A DNA stretch of 63,461 bases, taken from sequence record DRR378314_1709; one strand, written 5' to 3'. Positions 1 to 9,622 of this stretch are shown piece after piece. The number at the start of each line of letters is the position of its first letter. Within the stretch, counting starts at the first letter, position 1. Under the pieces are notes generated by a model. The model did no database searches. It worked only from the letters and a program-made list of their open reading frames with translations, and had not been told where the DNA came from. The position numbers were made by a program, and so were the translations under genes.

Positions 1-336
1 CTTGATTGATTGACGAACTGTTTTCCAGTTAGTCAACATGCCGCCTAACCAACGGTGGTTTACATAGTACTGACCACAGTTAATGGCTGCTTCTTTAACC
101 GCTTCAGCTGCTGCGCGCTTAGTACCAACAAACAGGATTTTGCCTTTGTTAGAAGCAACGTGCTGCATATAGCTCAACGCGTCGTTGAACATAGGCACAG
201 TTTTTTCGAGGTTAATGATATGAATTTTGTTACGAGCACCAAAAATGTAAGGTTTCATTTTTGGGTTCCAGAAACGAGTTTGGTGACCGAAGTGGACACC
301 CGCTTTCAGCATGTCACGCATTGACACGTTAGCCAT
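1..336 (-). CDS. rpsB: 30S ribosomal protein S2, 5' part (runs off the window edge)
   Basis: Not in the ORF track. Manual translation from ATG at 336 gives [46 protein letters not shown]...[21 protein letters not shown], the S2 signatures. Divergent from map, as in other gammaproteobacteria. Confidence 0.98.
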   Translation of the reverse strand, partial: MANVSMRDMLKAGVHFGHQTRFWNPKMKPYIFGARNKIHIINLEKTVPMFNDALSYMQHVASNKGKILFVGTKRAAAEAVKEAAINCGQYYVNHRWLGGMLTNWKTVRQSIK

Positions 337-435
337 AATATTTTCCTTTTTAGGGGGTTAAGCCTCCATACATCCCATAAGCCGACCTGTTCTTAGACAA
401 GCACCCCGCCTTATGTGTCGATGTATGTGTGGATT
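337..435 (-). ncRNA. t44 / S2 autoregulatory leader RNA of rpsB
   Basis: Minus strand reads CACACATACATCGACACATAAGGCGGGGTGC...GGTCGGCTTATGGGATGTATGGAGGCTTAACCCC just upstream of rpsB. It matches the conserved GGGGUGC, GGUCGG and UGGAGGC.UAACCCC elements of the E. coli t44 leader. Ends are approximate. Confidence 0.88.
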
Positions 436-481
436 ATAATTTACATACAAGTGTACTTTGTTGGCATAAGGCCAAAAAAGC

Positions 482-496
482 GTGCGTTTTATACCA
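482..496 (-). promoter_or_regulatory. Extended -10 promoter of rpsB with GC-rich discriminator
   Basis: Minus strand TGGTATAAAACGCAC resembles the E. coli rpsB TGGTATAAAGCGCGC promoter and lies directly upstream of the t44 leader. Confidence 0.65.
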
Positions 497-621
497 TAAA
501 GCCGAGCCCTGCACAACAAAAAACCTTCGCTAACTTCTGCTTTGACCCACCTCAAAGATAGCGAATTTTATCAGTCACTGTTAAACTGTCGGCTTTTCCA
601 GCAGTCATGGACAGGAAGAGA

Positions 622-1410
622 ATGACCATCTCAATTAAGACACCCGAAGAAATCGAAAAAATGCGCGCCGCAGGCAAGCTCGCTGCCAGTGTGCTTGAAA
701 TGATTGGTGAGCACATCAAACCCGGCGTAACCACGGAAGAACTGGATGATATCTGCCATAAGTACATCACGGATCATAACGCCTATCCAGCACCATTAAA
801 CTATCACGGTTTCCCTAAATCGATATGTACGTCGGTTAACCATTGTGTCTGTCATGGTATTCCTGGCCCGAAAAAACTGAAAGACGGCGATATCATGAAT
901 ATTGACGTTACCGTTAAACTGGATGGTTACCATGGCGACACTTCGAAGATGTTTGTTGTGGGTAAACCTTCAATAATGGCCGAGCGGTTAATTAAGGTAA
1001 CTCAGGAGTCGCTTTATAAAGCCATAGAAATGGTTAAGCCAGGTATCAAGCTGGGTGACTTTGCTGAAGTTATTCAGAAACACGCCGAAGGCCATGGCTA
1101 TTCTATTGTTAGAGAGTACTGCGGTCACGGTATTGGCTCTGTATTCCATGAAGACCCACAAATTCTGCATTACGGTGAGGCAGGTACTGGCGAAGAGCTA
1201 AAAGCCGGTATGTGTTTCACTATTGAACCTATGGTAAATGTGGGTAAGCGCCATACTAAACTGATGAAAGACGGCTGGACCGTACTGACTAAAGATCGCA
1301 GCTTAAGTGCACAGTGGGAACATACATTATTAGTTACCGATAACGGTGTTGAAGTACTGACACTGCGCAGTGATGAGCCTGACTTAGCGCGAGTTATCGA
1401 GCACAGCTAA
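622..1410 (+). CDS. map: Type I methionine aminopeptidase
   Basis: Motifs YHGFPKSICTSVN..VCHGIP, DGYHGDTS, GHGIG..FHE and AQWEHT. Start moved to ATG 622 after AGGAAG; the track gives 607. Confidence 0.97.
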   Translation: MTISIKTPEEIEKMRAAGKLAASVLEMIGEHIKPGVTTEELDDICHKYITDHNAYPAPLNYHGFPKSICTSVNHCVCHGIPGPKKLKDGDIMNIDVTVKLDGYHGDTSKMFVVGKPSIMAERLIKVTQESLYKAIEMVKPGIKLGDFAEVIQKHAEGHGYSIVREYCGHGIGSVFHEDPQILHYGEAGTGEELKAGMCFTIEPMVNVGKRHTKLMKDGWTVLTKDRSLSAQWEHTLLVTDNGVEVLTLRSDEPDLARVIEHS

Positions 1411-1430
1411 CGCATTTGCAGGGGGAGCCT

Positions 1431-4070
1431 ATGGCTAACGTTCAAGAAGATAAAGACTTTCACGGGCGCTGGCCTGACCGAACCCTGCAACCTTGCCTAA
1501 AAGACTACAAAGCGCTTTTAGAAAGTTACCAAAACTGGTCTGCAGCACGTTTTGTCACCGCCGATATCGATGAGCTGGTTCATCACCGTGCGACCTTCTT
1601 TGACCAGTTAATTAGCCAGTTGTGGCAGCAATTTCAGCTTGAAGACGAGCCGGCAAGTATCTTAGCTGTGGGTGGCTATGGTCGTGAGACTCTGCACCCG
1701 GGTTCAGACATCGACCTGCTCATTTTAGTGGGCCCGGAAAATGCTGAAGCCGAAGCTAAGTTGTCTGAAAAACTCGGACAGTTTGTTACCTTTTTATGGG
1801 ACCTGCACCTGGATATCGGCCATTCGGTACGTACTATCGAAGACTGCTTCGCTCAGTCAGAAAACGATATCACGATAGCCACAAACCTTATTGAAAGCCG
1901 ATACCTCTCAGGAGCTGAATCGCTTTACAATGAATTTCATCAACAGTTGTTAAATGACTTCCCTTGGTCAAGCCGCGATTTCTATCAGGCCAAGCTGGAT
2001 GAACAAAAGCAGCGCCACCAGCAATACCACAGTACATCTTATAACCTGGAACCGAATATTAAATCGAGCCCCGGAGGGCTACGTGATATTCAGACCGTAG
2101 GCTGGATTGCTAAACGTCATTTCCGTACTCACTCAGATGAAAACCTGGTTGAGTACGGTTATATGACAGCCGATGAATTCGTTGAACTGCGTGACTGCAT
2201 GAACTGGCTATGGCGCATACGCTTTGCCCTTCATCTGGAAGCAGGTAAACGCGAAGACCGCTTACTCTTTGACTTTCAGCCAGGCGTAGCTGTTCGCCTG
2301 GGCTACGGTAATGACGGTAAGGCATCCGTTGAAACCATGATGAAAGATTACTTTAAAGTGGTCTTACGCGTCAGCGAGCTTAACCAGATGCTTCTGCAGT
2401 TTTTTCATCAGGCGATATTAGGAACACAGGACTTACAACACGCTGAACATATTAGCGATGACTTTGCGGTTGCGAATAAACTGTTAACAGCACGCCACGA
2501 CAATGTATTTGATAATCACTGCAATATTATCCGCGCTTTTGTCTGCATTGCGGAACACCCGCAAATACAGGGCATACACTCGAATACCATACGTTTACTC
2601 AGAAATGCCCGAGCCCAATTAAGCGAACCGCTAAGCCATGACCCAGAATGCCGCGACTTATTCAATCAGCTGATTCAGCATCCCAGAGGCTGTGGTTTGT
2701 CCTTTGCACTGATGCATCACCACAGTGTACTGGCAAGTTACCTGTCGCAGTGGCAACAAATTGTCGGACAAATGCAGTTTGACCTTTTTCACGCCTACAC
2801 AGTAGATGAACACACCTTTCGTTTAGTGAGAAACTTATACCGCTTTAGTGACGAAGATTATCAGGATCAATTTCCGCTGTGCGAAAAGCTCGTTGCGCAA
2901 ATGGATCGACGTTACTGCCTGTATCTGGCGGGTATCTTCCACGACATAGCTAAAGGTCGCGGCGGTGATCACTCAGAGCTTGGCGAAATGGATGCGCGTA
3001 ATTTTTGCCACCAACATGGTTACAGCGAAGAAGACGCCGAATTGGTTGCCTGGCTGGTGCGGCATCATTTAACCATGTCGGTTACCGCGCAAAAGCGGGA
3101 TATTCATGACCCTGAAGTTATTCAGGACTTTGCCAATCAAGTTTCGACGCTCGAGCGGCTAGATTACCTTTACTGTCTTACGGTGGCAGATATTCGGGCA
3201 ACTAACCAGTCGCTGTGGAACAACTGGAAAGCAACTTTACTGGAAGAGCTTTATAACGCCACTTCTTACTTGCTGCAGCAGGACAGTAATAAGCCTACTC
3301 TGGATATTCGCCAAAGAATTAATGAAAATAAAGCCAGTGCAATGGCCTTGCTACTAAGTGCAGGCTTTGAAAAAGCGGAAATTCTGGCTTTATGGGGACG
3401 TTTTACCGCAGACTATTTCTTCCGCCATACGGCAGAGCAAATCAGTTGGCATTCACAGCATATTCTGAACCTGCCAAGCGAGCAGTTGCCGCTCATTCTC
3501 ATTGGAGACGAAAACAACTACGGCACAACCGAGTTGTTTATCTACCATCACGAAGAGGGTCATTTGTTTGCCTCGGTTGCCGGTGTTCTCGACAGTCAGC
3601 AACTCAACATTCTGGACGCCCAAATTCTGGCTACCCGCGATGGCTTTGTTATGGATACCTTTGTGGTACTGCAACGAGATGGCAAACCGTTAACAGAGCC
3701 TCATCGTATTGAAGAGGTGAAACAACAATTGCTGGATGTTCTGCATAAACGGATACCCGTTCCCAGCACTAAGCGGCCATTGTCGCGTCGCATGAAGAAC
3801 TTTTCGGTGGCAACTGAGGTCACTTTTATACCCAGTAAACACCACGGCCGTACCACCTTCGAGCTGGTGACACTGGACAGGCCGGGGCTTATTGCTAAAC
3901 TTGCCGCTATTTTACAACAACAGAACGTTATCCTGCTGGCAGCGAAAATCACGACTATAGGCGAGCAGGCAGAAGATTTATTTATTGTCACTACCGAGCA
4001 GCAAACCGCCCTTAGCGACAAACAGAAAAAAACATTGAAAGCAAAAATTATCAAAGACCTGGAGTTTTAA
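1431..4070 (+). CDS. glnD: PII uridylyltransferase/uridylyl-removing enzyme
   Basis: NTase motif AVGGYGR..LHPGSDIDL, KSSPGGLRD, HD domain (FHAYTVDEH, FHDIAKGRGGDHS) and C-terminal ACT domains. map-glnD-dapD synteny. Start at ATG 1431 after GGGGAG. Confidence 0.97.
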   Translation: MANVQEDKDFHGRWPDRTLQPCLKDYKALLESYQNWSAARFVTADIDELVHHRATFFDQLISQLWQQFQLEDEPASILAVGGYGRETLHPGSDIDLLILVGPENAEAEAKLSEKLGQFVTFLWDLHLDIGHSVRTIEDCFAQSENDITIATNLIESRYLSGAESLYNEFHQQLLNDFPWSSRDFYQAKLDEQKQRHQQYHSTSYNLEPNIKSSPGGLRDIQTVGWIAKRHFRTHSDENLVEYGYMTADEFVELRDCMNWLWRIRFALHLEAGKREDRLLFDFQPGVAVRLGYGNDGKASVETMMKDYFKVVLRVSELNQMLLQFFHQAILGTQDLQHAEHISDDFAVANKLLTARHDNVFDNHCNIIRAFVCIAEHPQIQGIHSNTIRLLRNARAQLSEPLSHDPECRDLFNQLIQHPRGCGLSFALMHHHSVLASYLSQWQQIVGQMQFDLFHAYTVDEHTFRLVRNLYRFSDEDYQDQFPLCEKLVAQMDRRYCLYLAGIFHDIAKGRGGDHSELGEMDARNFCHQHGYSEEDAELVAWLVRHHLTMSVTAQKRDIHDPEVIQDFANQVSTLERLDYLYCLTVADIRATNQSLWNNWKATLLEELYNATSYLLQQDSNKPTLDIRQRINENKASAMALLLSAGFEKAEILALWGRFTADYFFRHTAEQISWHSQHILNLPSEQLPLILIGDENNYGTTELFIYHHEEGHLFASVAGVLDSQQLNILDAQILATRDGFVMDTFVVLQRDGKPLTEPHRIEEVKQQLLDVLHKRIPVPSTKRPLSRRMKNFSVATEVTFIPSKHHGRTTFELVTLDRPGLIAKLAAILQQQNVILLAAKITTIGEQAEDLFIVTTEQQTALSDKQKKTLKAKIIKDLEF

Positions 4071-4079
4071 ATTCTTATC

Positions 4080-4904
4080 ATGGAAAACATAAAGCAGCGC
4101 ATCATCGATGCATTTGAACAACGTGATCAAATCAATGCCCGTACCGACAACGATGACCTTCGTGAAGCTGTGCGTTACGTTATCGACGAAATTGACCGCG
4201 GCGAGTTACGGGTAGCCGAAAAAATTTCCGGTGAGTGGGTTGTTCATCAATGGCTGAAGAAAGCGGTTCTGTTGTCATTTCGCTTAAACGACAACGACCT
4301 GATTGAAGGCGGAGAAACCCGCTTCTGGGACAAAGTGCCAGCCAAATTTGCCGACTATGACAGTGCTCGTTTCCGCGCCGAAGGCATGCGTGTTGTACCA
4401 CCCGCCATGGTTCGTAAAGGTGCCTTTATTGGCCGCAACGTTGTCGTAATGCCATCGTACGTTAATATTGGTGCTTACGTTGGTGAAGGCACTATGGTGG
4501 ATACCTGGGCTACCGTGGGCTCCTGTGCGCAAATTGGTAAAAATGTTCACTTGTCCGGCGGCGTAGGCATCGGTGGTGTTCTGGAGCCGCTGCAGGCCAA
4601 CCCAACGATTATTGAAGATAACTGCTTCATTGGTGCGCGCTCAGAAATTGTTGAAGGCGTTATTGTTGAAGAAGGCGCAGTGATTTCCATGGGCGTTTAC
4701 ATTGGCCAGAGTACCCGTATTTATGACCGCGAAAATGACCGCATTCTTTATGGTCGCGTACCTTCGGGTTCCGTTGTTGTACCGGGTTCTTTGCCTTCCG
4801 CAAACGGGACGCACAGCCTTTACGCGGCTATCATTGTTAAGCGGGTTGATGCTAAAACTCGTGCCAAAGTCGGTATCAATGCCCTGCTACGCAGCGCGGA
4901 ATAA
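4080..4904 (+). CDS. dapD: Tetrahydrodipicolinate N-succinyltransferase
   Basis: [47 protein letters not shown] and hexapeptide repeats. Confidence 0.97.
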   Translation: MENIKQRIIDAFEQRDQINARTDNDDLREAVRYVIDEIDRGELRVAEKISGEWVVHQWLKKAVLLSFRLNDNDLIEGGETRFWDKVPAKFADYDSARFRAEGMRVVPPAMVRKGAFIGRNVVVMPSYVNIGAYVGEGTMVDTWATVGSCAQIGKNVHLSGGVGIGGVLEPLQANPTIIEDNCFIGARSEIVEGVIVEEGAVISMGVYIGQSTRIYDRENDRILYGRVPSGSVVVPGSLPSANGTHSLYAAIIVKRVDAKTRAKVGINALLRSAE

Positions 4905-4907
4905 CTT

Positions 4908-5618
4908 TTACTTAAGAAATGGCTGGTGAAACTCATTCGGCAGTGGTATTTCCAAATTGATGGACTCGCCACTGACCGGATGTTTAAAGCTAAGTCCAGT
5001 CGCTGCCAGCAGTAAACGGTGACAATTAAAGTGCTCGCGAAAGAAGTTATTATGCCGTCCATCACCATGGTTAGTATCACCGACAATGGGATGCCGAATG
5101 TGTGCCATGTGCCGACGTAACTGGTGCTTACGACCCGTTTCTGGTTGCATCTGAACCAGTGAATAACGTGTGGTGTCATGTTTTTTGCTGACTTTATAAG
5201 GCAGTTCAATCTGCTTTAAACACTGATAATGCGTCACCGCAGGCTGCTTATCTTTATCCGGATCCGCGTCTTTATCAGCAAGCTTATCCAGTTCTTCTTT
5301 CAGTGCGTAGTCGATAGTGCCGTTTTCTGATACGTAACCTCTGACCACAGCGTGATATGTTTTGCTCACTTCGCGCGCGGTCAGTTGCTCTGTCATGGTA
5401 CGGGCAACATCGCTGTTTAAGCCAAAAATCAACAAACCGGATGTCGGGCGATCTAAACGATGAACAGGGTAAACGTGGCAACCCAGTTGATTCCGCAGCA
5501 TTTGCATTGCAAACTCACGGGCACCGCTGGCTATGCGGCTTCGATGAACCAATAAGCCACTGGGCTTATTAATAACGGCAAGGTGCTCATCCAGATAAAC
5601 AAGTTCTAACTGACTCAC
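4908..5618 (-). CDS. truC: tRNA pseudouridine(65) synthase
   Basis: RluA-family motifs NKPSGLLVH, VHRLDRPTSG and TGRKHQLRRH. Lies downstream of yqcC as in E. coli. Confidence 0.92.
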   Translation of the reverse strand: MSQLELVYLDEHLAVINKPSGLLVHRSRIASGAREFAMQMLRNQLGCHVYPVHRLDRPTSGLLIFGLNSDVARTMTEQLTAREVSKTYHAVVRGYVSENGTIDYALKEELDKLADKDADPDKDKQPAVTHYQCLKQIELPYKVSKKHDTTRYSLVQMQPETGRKHQLRRHMAHIRHPIVGDTNHGDGRHNNFFREHFNCHRLLLAATGLSFKHPVSGESINLEIPLPNEFHQPFLK

Positions 5619-5620
5619 CG

Positions 5621-5983
5621 TTAGACATCTTCCTGCAAAGGGTCAGTTCCGCTGAGCAACACATCAAATTCACGTATCAGTGCAATAAGTTGTTCGTATT
5701 GTTCCAGCTCGCTGCGGTATATATGCGCAGCCATGGGGCTAACGGCAATCCCCTCAGGCAGAGGTCGCTTGCTATCCACTAACGCCCACATTCGGGGAAG
5801 CATAATAAACTGCAACCACTGATGAAACTCCAGCGTGTCGACAGCAAAAGGCTGCTGACTCTCTAACGCCTGCACCGGCGGGTGGTGAGACTGCCATAAG
5901 CCAAGACTGTTCAGTTCACGCTCTATTCTATCCAGCAATCGAGCGGCTTTCTGATACTGCTCCATATCAGACTCCGTTACCAC
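5621..5983 (-). CDS. yqcC: YqcC (DUF446) family protein
   Basis: LWQ..P...ALES.QPFAVDTL.F.QWLQFI.LPRM motif; yqcC-truC pair. Confidence 0.9.
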   Translation of the reverse strand: MVTESDMEQYQKAARLLDRIERELNSLGLWQSHHPPVQALESQQPFAVDTLEFHQWLQFIMLPRMWALVDSKRPLPEGIAVSPMAAHIYRSELEQYEQLIALIREFDVLLSGTDPLQEDV

Positions 5984-6058
5984 ATCATTGTATAAACCGA
6001 TATAATGGCGCCATAGTGATTTAATACGCCTTAAAATTCAAGCAAAAAGGGAGCGCCT

Positions 6059-7090
6059 GTGTCAGCACCGACCATCACCACCTTGGGTGAGTTTTTGCAA
6101 GCCGGCCAAGCCGAATACAAAATTTTTGATATTGGCAGATGCCTGACGGAGCTGTCTCAAGAAGAGTTTGCAGCAATTGAGCAACAACAACGTCCGTACC
6201 CCTACCCCATTGCGCGGCAAGCTCAATTGGCAATACTGTTCCAGCATAAACAACATGACCAACAGCCTTTTATTTGGTTTTTGCAATTTCCGTTGGACGA
6301 GCGCGGTCTTTTAAATATAGCCGCACGTAATCAATACCTGGAGTATGTGGTCAATGCATTGGGCCATGAAATAACCGGAGAAATGACCGAAGAGCAGCAA
6401 AAACAGCTGCAACAAAACCCGTATTTATTAACGCCGAATGAGCAACAGCGCGCGGCTTTGCATGCCCGGGTTCAGCGCCAGCAAAAGTTGTCGCCGTCTA
6501 TACATTTTGAAACGGCGGAAGCGTATTTAAGGCAGCCTGAAAGCGGCATAGACTGGCAACAAATGGGCTTGCAGGGGTTACATGACTGCGCTGCCCGGTT
6601 AGACCAATTGCCGGAACTGAGCAAAGCCATAGCAACGCATTTCTCTCATTATCCGAGTGCGGTGCGCCAGCCGTTGGCGGTTGCGCTTGAGCAACAAAGC
6701 CTGACGCCACCGGTAAGAGACGCTCTTCTGCAAAACCTCGAGAGCAGTAATGCTCAACTATGCACTGACAGTTTGCGCGCGCTGGCCTCCGCTTCAGCTC
6801 ATCCTCGGGTAAAAAAGGCAGTAAACAAGCTGGTTCCAAATGCCAATGCCGATCAGCTCGTTGTTATTGCTGCGCGTTTATGGCCGGTGCTTTGCGAAGA
6901 ACCAAATTTGTTGTGCTACTTAGACGCCATAGCAGAGCTTGATAATTCACTGTTTGATGCCTTATTTCAGGATATTATTGCCCTGCCGGACATACGTCCG
7001 TTACTGTTATCTATTATTGCTCAACAAAAACAGTCTGCTGCGGTTAATGAAGCATTAAACCGATTAAAACAACAGACTCAGGGAAGCTGA
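6059..7090 (+). CDS. DUF3549 family protein
   Basis: PYPYP..QAQLAILF and IWFLQFPLDERGLL motifs. Divergent from yqcC, as in Vibrio/Shewanella. Confidence 0.75.
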   Translation: MSAPTITTLGEFLQAGQAEYKIFDIGRCLTELSQEEFAAIEQQQRPYPYPIARQAQLAILFQHKQHDQQPFIWFLQFPLDERGLLNIAARNQYLEYVVNALGHEITGEMTEEQQKQLQQNPYLLTPNEQQRAALHARVQRQQKLSPSIHFETAEAYLRQPESGIDWQQMGLQGLHDCAARLDQLPELSKAIATHFSHYPSAVRQPLAVALEQQSLTPPVRDALLQNLESSNAQLCTDSLRALASASAHPRVKKAVNKLVPNANADQLVVIAARLWPVLCEEPNLLCYLDAIAELDNSLFDALFQDIIALPDIRPLLLSIIAQQKQSAAVNEALNRLKQQTQGS

Positions 7091-7401
7091 TGAATTTACT
7101 CGATGTCATTGTTTTACTGGCGCTGGCAACGGCAATATGGGTGTTTTGGCAACACCGCCAACAGTCAGAAAGCGCACAAAAACATGCAGTATTTTACTGT
7201 AAGCAGCAGGGGCTTCAGTTTTTAGATATTCGTCGCGAGGACACGCGTTGGTCTTTTAAAGGCAGCCAGCCGGGCTGGCGTAGTACTTTTAAAATGGGCT
7301 TTAGTAGCGACGGCGAAACTCGTTATGAAGGCGACTTAACCCTTCATAACCAGCGTTTGGTAGGTGTTGAGCTACCGCCGTTTCGAATTCCCGCGCAATA
7401 A
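7090..7401 (+). CDS. DUF3301 family membrane protein
   Basis: N-terminal TM helix, C...GLQFLD and FSSDGETRYEG motifs. Start overlaps the upstream stop. Confidence 0.75.
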   Translation: MNLLDVIVLLALATAIWVFWQHRQQSESAQKHAVFYCKQQGLQFLDIRREDTRWSFKGSQPGWRSTFKMGFSSDGETRYEGDLTLHNQRLVGVELPPFRIPAQ

Positions 7402-7402
7402 T

Positions 7403-8083
7403 TTAATCAGGCTGCCGTTGGTAGAACAGAACTTCACCTGGCAGCTTTTCCACTTCTATCTGAGCTTGAATGCGATAGCCGCGCTTTTTAAAGAAAGCCT
7501 GATAATCCGAACGAGTCACGTAAACGGCTATCCCTTGTGATTCCGGGTCTTCCTCAAAAACCGCTTTGGCAGCTTCAACAAGTAAATGCCCCACTCCCTG
7601 CGACTGATACTGTGGTGCTACCGCAATAAATGCCAGCATATGGTAAGGCACATCAGGCATCGCTTCCTGAATTAAGCGTTCCTTTTCAAGTACCTGCTTA
7701 GTACTCAAAAAACCAGCCGTTAATAACATGCTTATTCGCCAATGCCAGAAACGTCCGGGACCAAAGCTTTTACCAGGACGGGTAAGACACGCGACACCTA
7801 ATAGTGTGCCGCCATCTCTAATACCAATAATAGGCTGTCCGCTTTCCCAGAAAGCGTTTAAGTCTTCGCGGATAGCCGCCCGTAAACGCTTATCGTAGTC
7901 AGGTTTGTCTGACCGGAAAATCTTTTGCAGTAATTCATCATCGTAATACGTCTGGAACAAAAGCGAGGCCGCTAATTTCAGATCTTCAGCAACAAGGTAA
8001 ACCAGCTCGCCCTGAACATGCTCATTGCTGTTTTCACCTGCTTCATCAATTTCGTTTTCCGTTTTTTCTGTCAGACCCTGCAT
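7403..8083 (-). CDS. GNAT family N-acetyltransferase
   Basis: Acetyl-CoA binding motif IAVAPQYQSQGVGHLL and C-terminal FFKKRGY. Confidence 0.8.
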   Translation of the reverse strand: MQGLTEKTENEIDEAGENSNEHVQGELVYLVAEDLKLAASLLFQTYYDDELLQKIFRSDKPDYDKRLRAAIREDLNAFWESGQPIIGIRDGGTLLGVACLTRPGKSFGPGRFWHWRISMLLTAGFLSTKQVLEKERLIQEAMPDVPYHMLAFIAVAPQYQSQGVGHLLVEAAKAVFEEDPESQGIAVYVTRSDYQAFFKKRGYRIQAQIEVEKLPGEVLFYQRQPD

Positions 8084-8180
8084 AATGAATAGCCAATTGT
8101 TAGTTTTTCATAACACCAACTTAACCATTTTTCGGAATTCTGTCGAGAGTCATTTATCCGCCATTCAGGCAAGACTCTCA

Positions 8181-8732
8181 TCAAGAGTTTTTATCAGTCT
8201 CAACTTGAGGCTGACAATTATCAAGCCAGTCAGCCAATGAGTCAGACAGAACGTCGTGTTGTTCCTTACCTACCCATTCGAGTCCAACCGCACCACTTTG
8301 GTTATCTATGGTTACCAACAAGCCGTCATCCTCGCTACCTAAACCAATAAAGATCGTTTCAGGCTGTTTCAAACGACGCTTCATTAAAATGTGACCAGTA
8401 ATATTCTCTAATAAACGTTCACCGTCTTCTGCACTCTGCGTCTGTAGTAAACTAATTGTGTGCCCCTGATAATCAAGCGCAAGGTCTCCTGCATACCAGC
8501 GGCCAAACAAAGTTTTAATACTCTGATGGAAACTCATTTCCAGAGCACTCTCAAGATCATCAAAGTTTAACGCTTCGGGTTGCCGGCACGGCGTCCACTC
8601 AACCGTATTCTCATCAATCACAGTTCCGTAAATTGGGCTATTCCACTCTTCTACATACTCGGTATAGCGCACAGGAACATTTTCCTGATAGCGTGTCATT
8701 AGTGCATCTATTGATTCTTCTAACGTCTTCAT
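8181..8732 (-). CDS. syd: SecY-interacting protein Syd
   Basis: ENITGHILMKRRLKQPETIFIG and W.P......F..LE.AL motifs. Divergent from queF. Start at ATG 8732 (MKTLEE); the track's upstream extension overlaps queF. Confidence 0.88.
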   Translation of the reverse strand: MKTLEESIDALMTRYQENVPVRYTEYVEEWNSPIYGTVIDENTVEWTPCRQPEALNFDDLESALEMSFHQSIKTLFGRWYAGDLALDYQGHTISLLQTQSAEDGERLLENITGHILMKRRLKQPETIFIGLGSEDDGLLVTIDNQSGAVGLEWVGKEQHDVLSDSLADWLDNCQPQVETDKNS

Positions 8733-8791
8733 CTGGTACTTACACCTCAGAAAATTTACAATACGGCCATTGTACTTACGGAGCGACTTAA

Positions 8792-9616
8792 ATGCCAAAG
8801 AAGGACGCACTAGACCATTTATCACTGGGTCAGCACACCGACTACCCGAATGAATATGATCCGAAGCAGCTGCAGCCAGTCCCCCGCTCACTGAATCGGG
8901 AACCTATAGGGCTTAAAGATAAGCTACCTTTTTCGGGTGTGGATTTATGGACCGGTTATGAAGTCTCCTGGCTAAACTCAAACGGACTGCCACAGGTTGC
9001 GGTGGGGTATTTTGCAGTGCCAGCAGAAAGCCCTAACCTGGTCGAGTCCAAGTCGTTTAAGCTTTATTTAAACAGCTTCAATGACTCGCGTTTTGAGACC
9101 TGGGAGCAGGTGCAACAACTGATGGAAACCGATCTTTCCGCTTGTGCCGGCGCGCCGGTTAAAGTCAAGCTAAAACAGGTATCTGAGCTGGAAGGTGAAT
9201 CTGTGGCGACTTTCCCGGGTCATTGCATAGATGATCAGAATATCAGTATTTCGCATTACGACTATCAGCCGTCACTGCTTGCTACAGAACAAAATGAAAC
9301 AGAAGAAGAACTGCACAGTCACCTGTTAAAATCGAACTGCCTGATAACCAATCAACCCGATTGGGGTTCGGTTTACATTCATTATCAGGGGCCGAAGTTG
9401 GATCGCGCTGCGCTGCTGGCTTATCTGGTCTCATTCAGACGTCATAACGAATTCCACGAGCAATGCGTCGAGCGCATTTATCAGGACTTGAAAGCACTAG
9501 GAATGAAAAAGTTGACGGTTTATGCCCGTTACACACGTCGTGGCGGTCTGGACATAAACCCATTTCGTTCCGACTTCGAGCCAGCGCTGCAAATGCAACG
9601 CATGGCCCGACAATAA
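8792..9616 (+). CDS. queF: NADPH-dependent 7-cyano-7-deazaguanine reductase (YqcD type)
   Basis: [30 protein letters not shown] and [12 protein letters not shown] motifs. Confidence 0.97.
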   Translation: MPKKDALDHLSLGQHTDYPNEYDPKQLQPVPRSLNREPIGLKDKLPFSGVDLWTGYEVSWLNSNGLPQVAVGYFAVPAESPNLVESKSFKLYLNSFNDSRFETWEQVQQLMETDLSACAGAPVKVKLKQVSELEGESVATFPGHCIDDQNISISHYDYQPSLLATEQNETEEELHSHLLKSNCLITNQPDWGSVYIHYQGPKLDRAALLAYLVSFRRHNEFHEQCVERIYQDLKALGMKKLTVYARYTRRGGLDINPFRSDFEPALQMQRMARQ

Positions 9617-9622
9617 CGGATT

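Noticed and set aside
55..555. ORF-track ORFs 55..324 (+) and 358..555 (-)
   Set aside because: The first is the antisense shadow of rpsB. The second spans the rpsB promoter and t44 leader and has no protein-like features.
8733..8891. N-terminal extension of syd overlapping queF
   Set aside because: An artefact of choosing the longest ORF; Syd similarity begins near MKTLEE at 8732.
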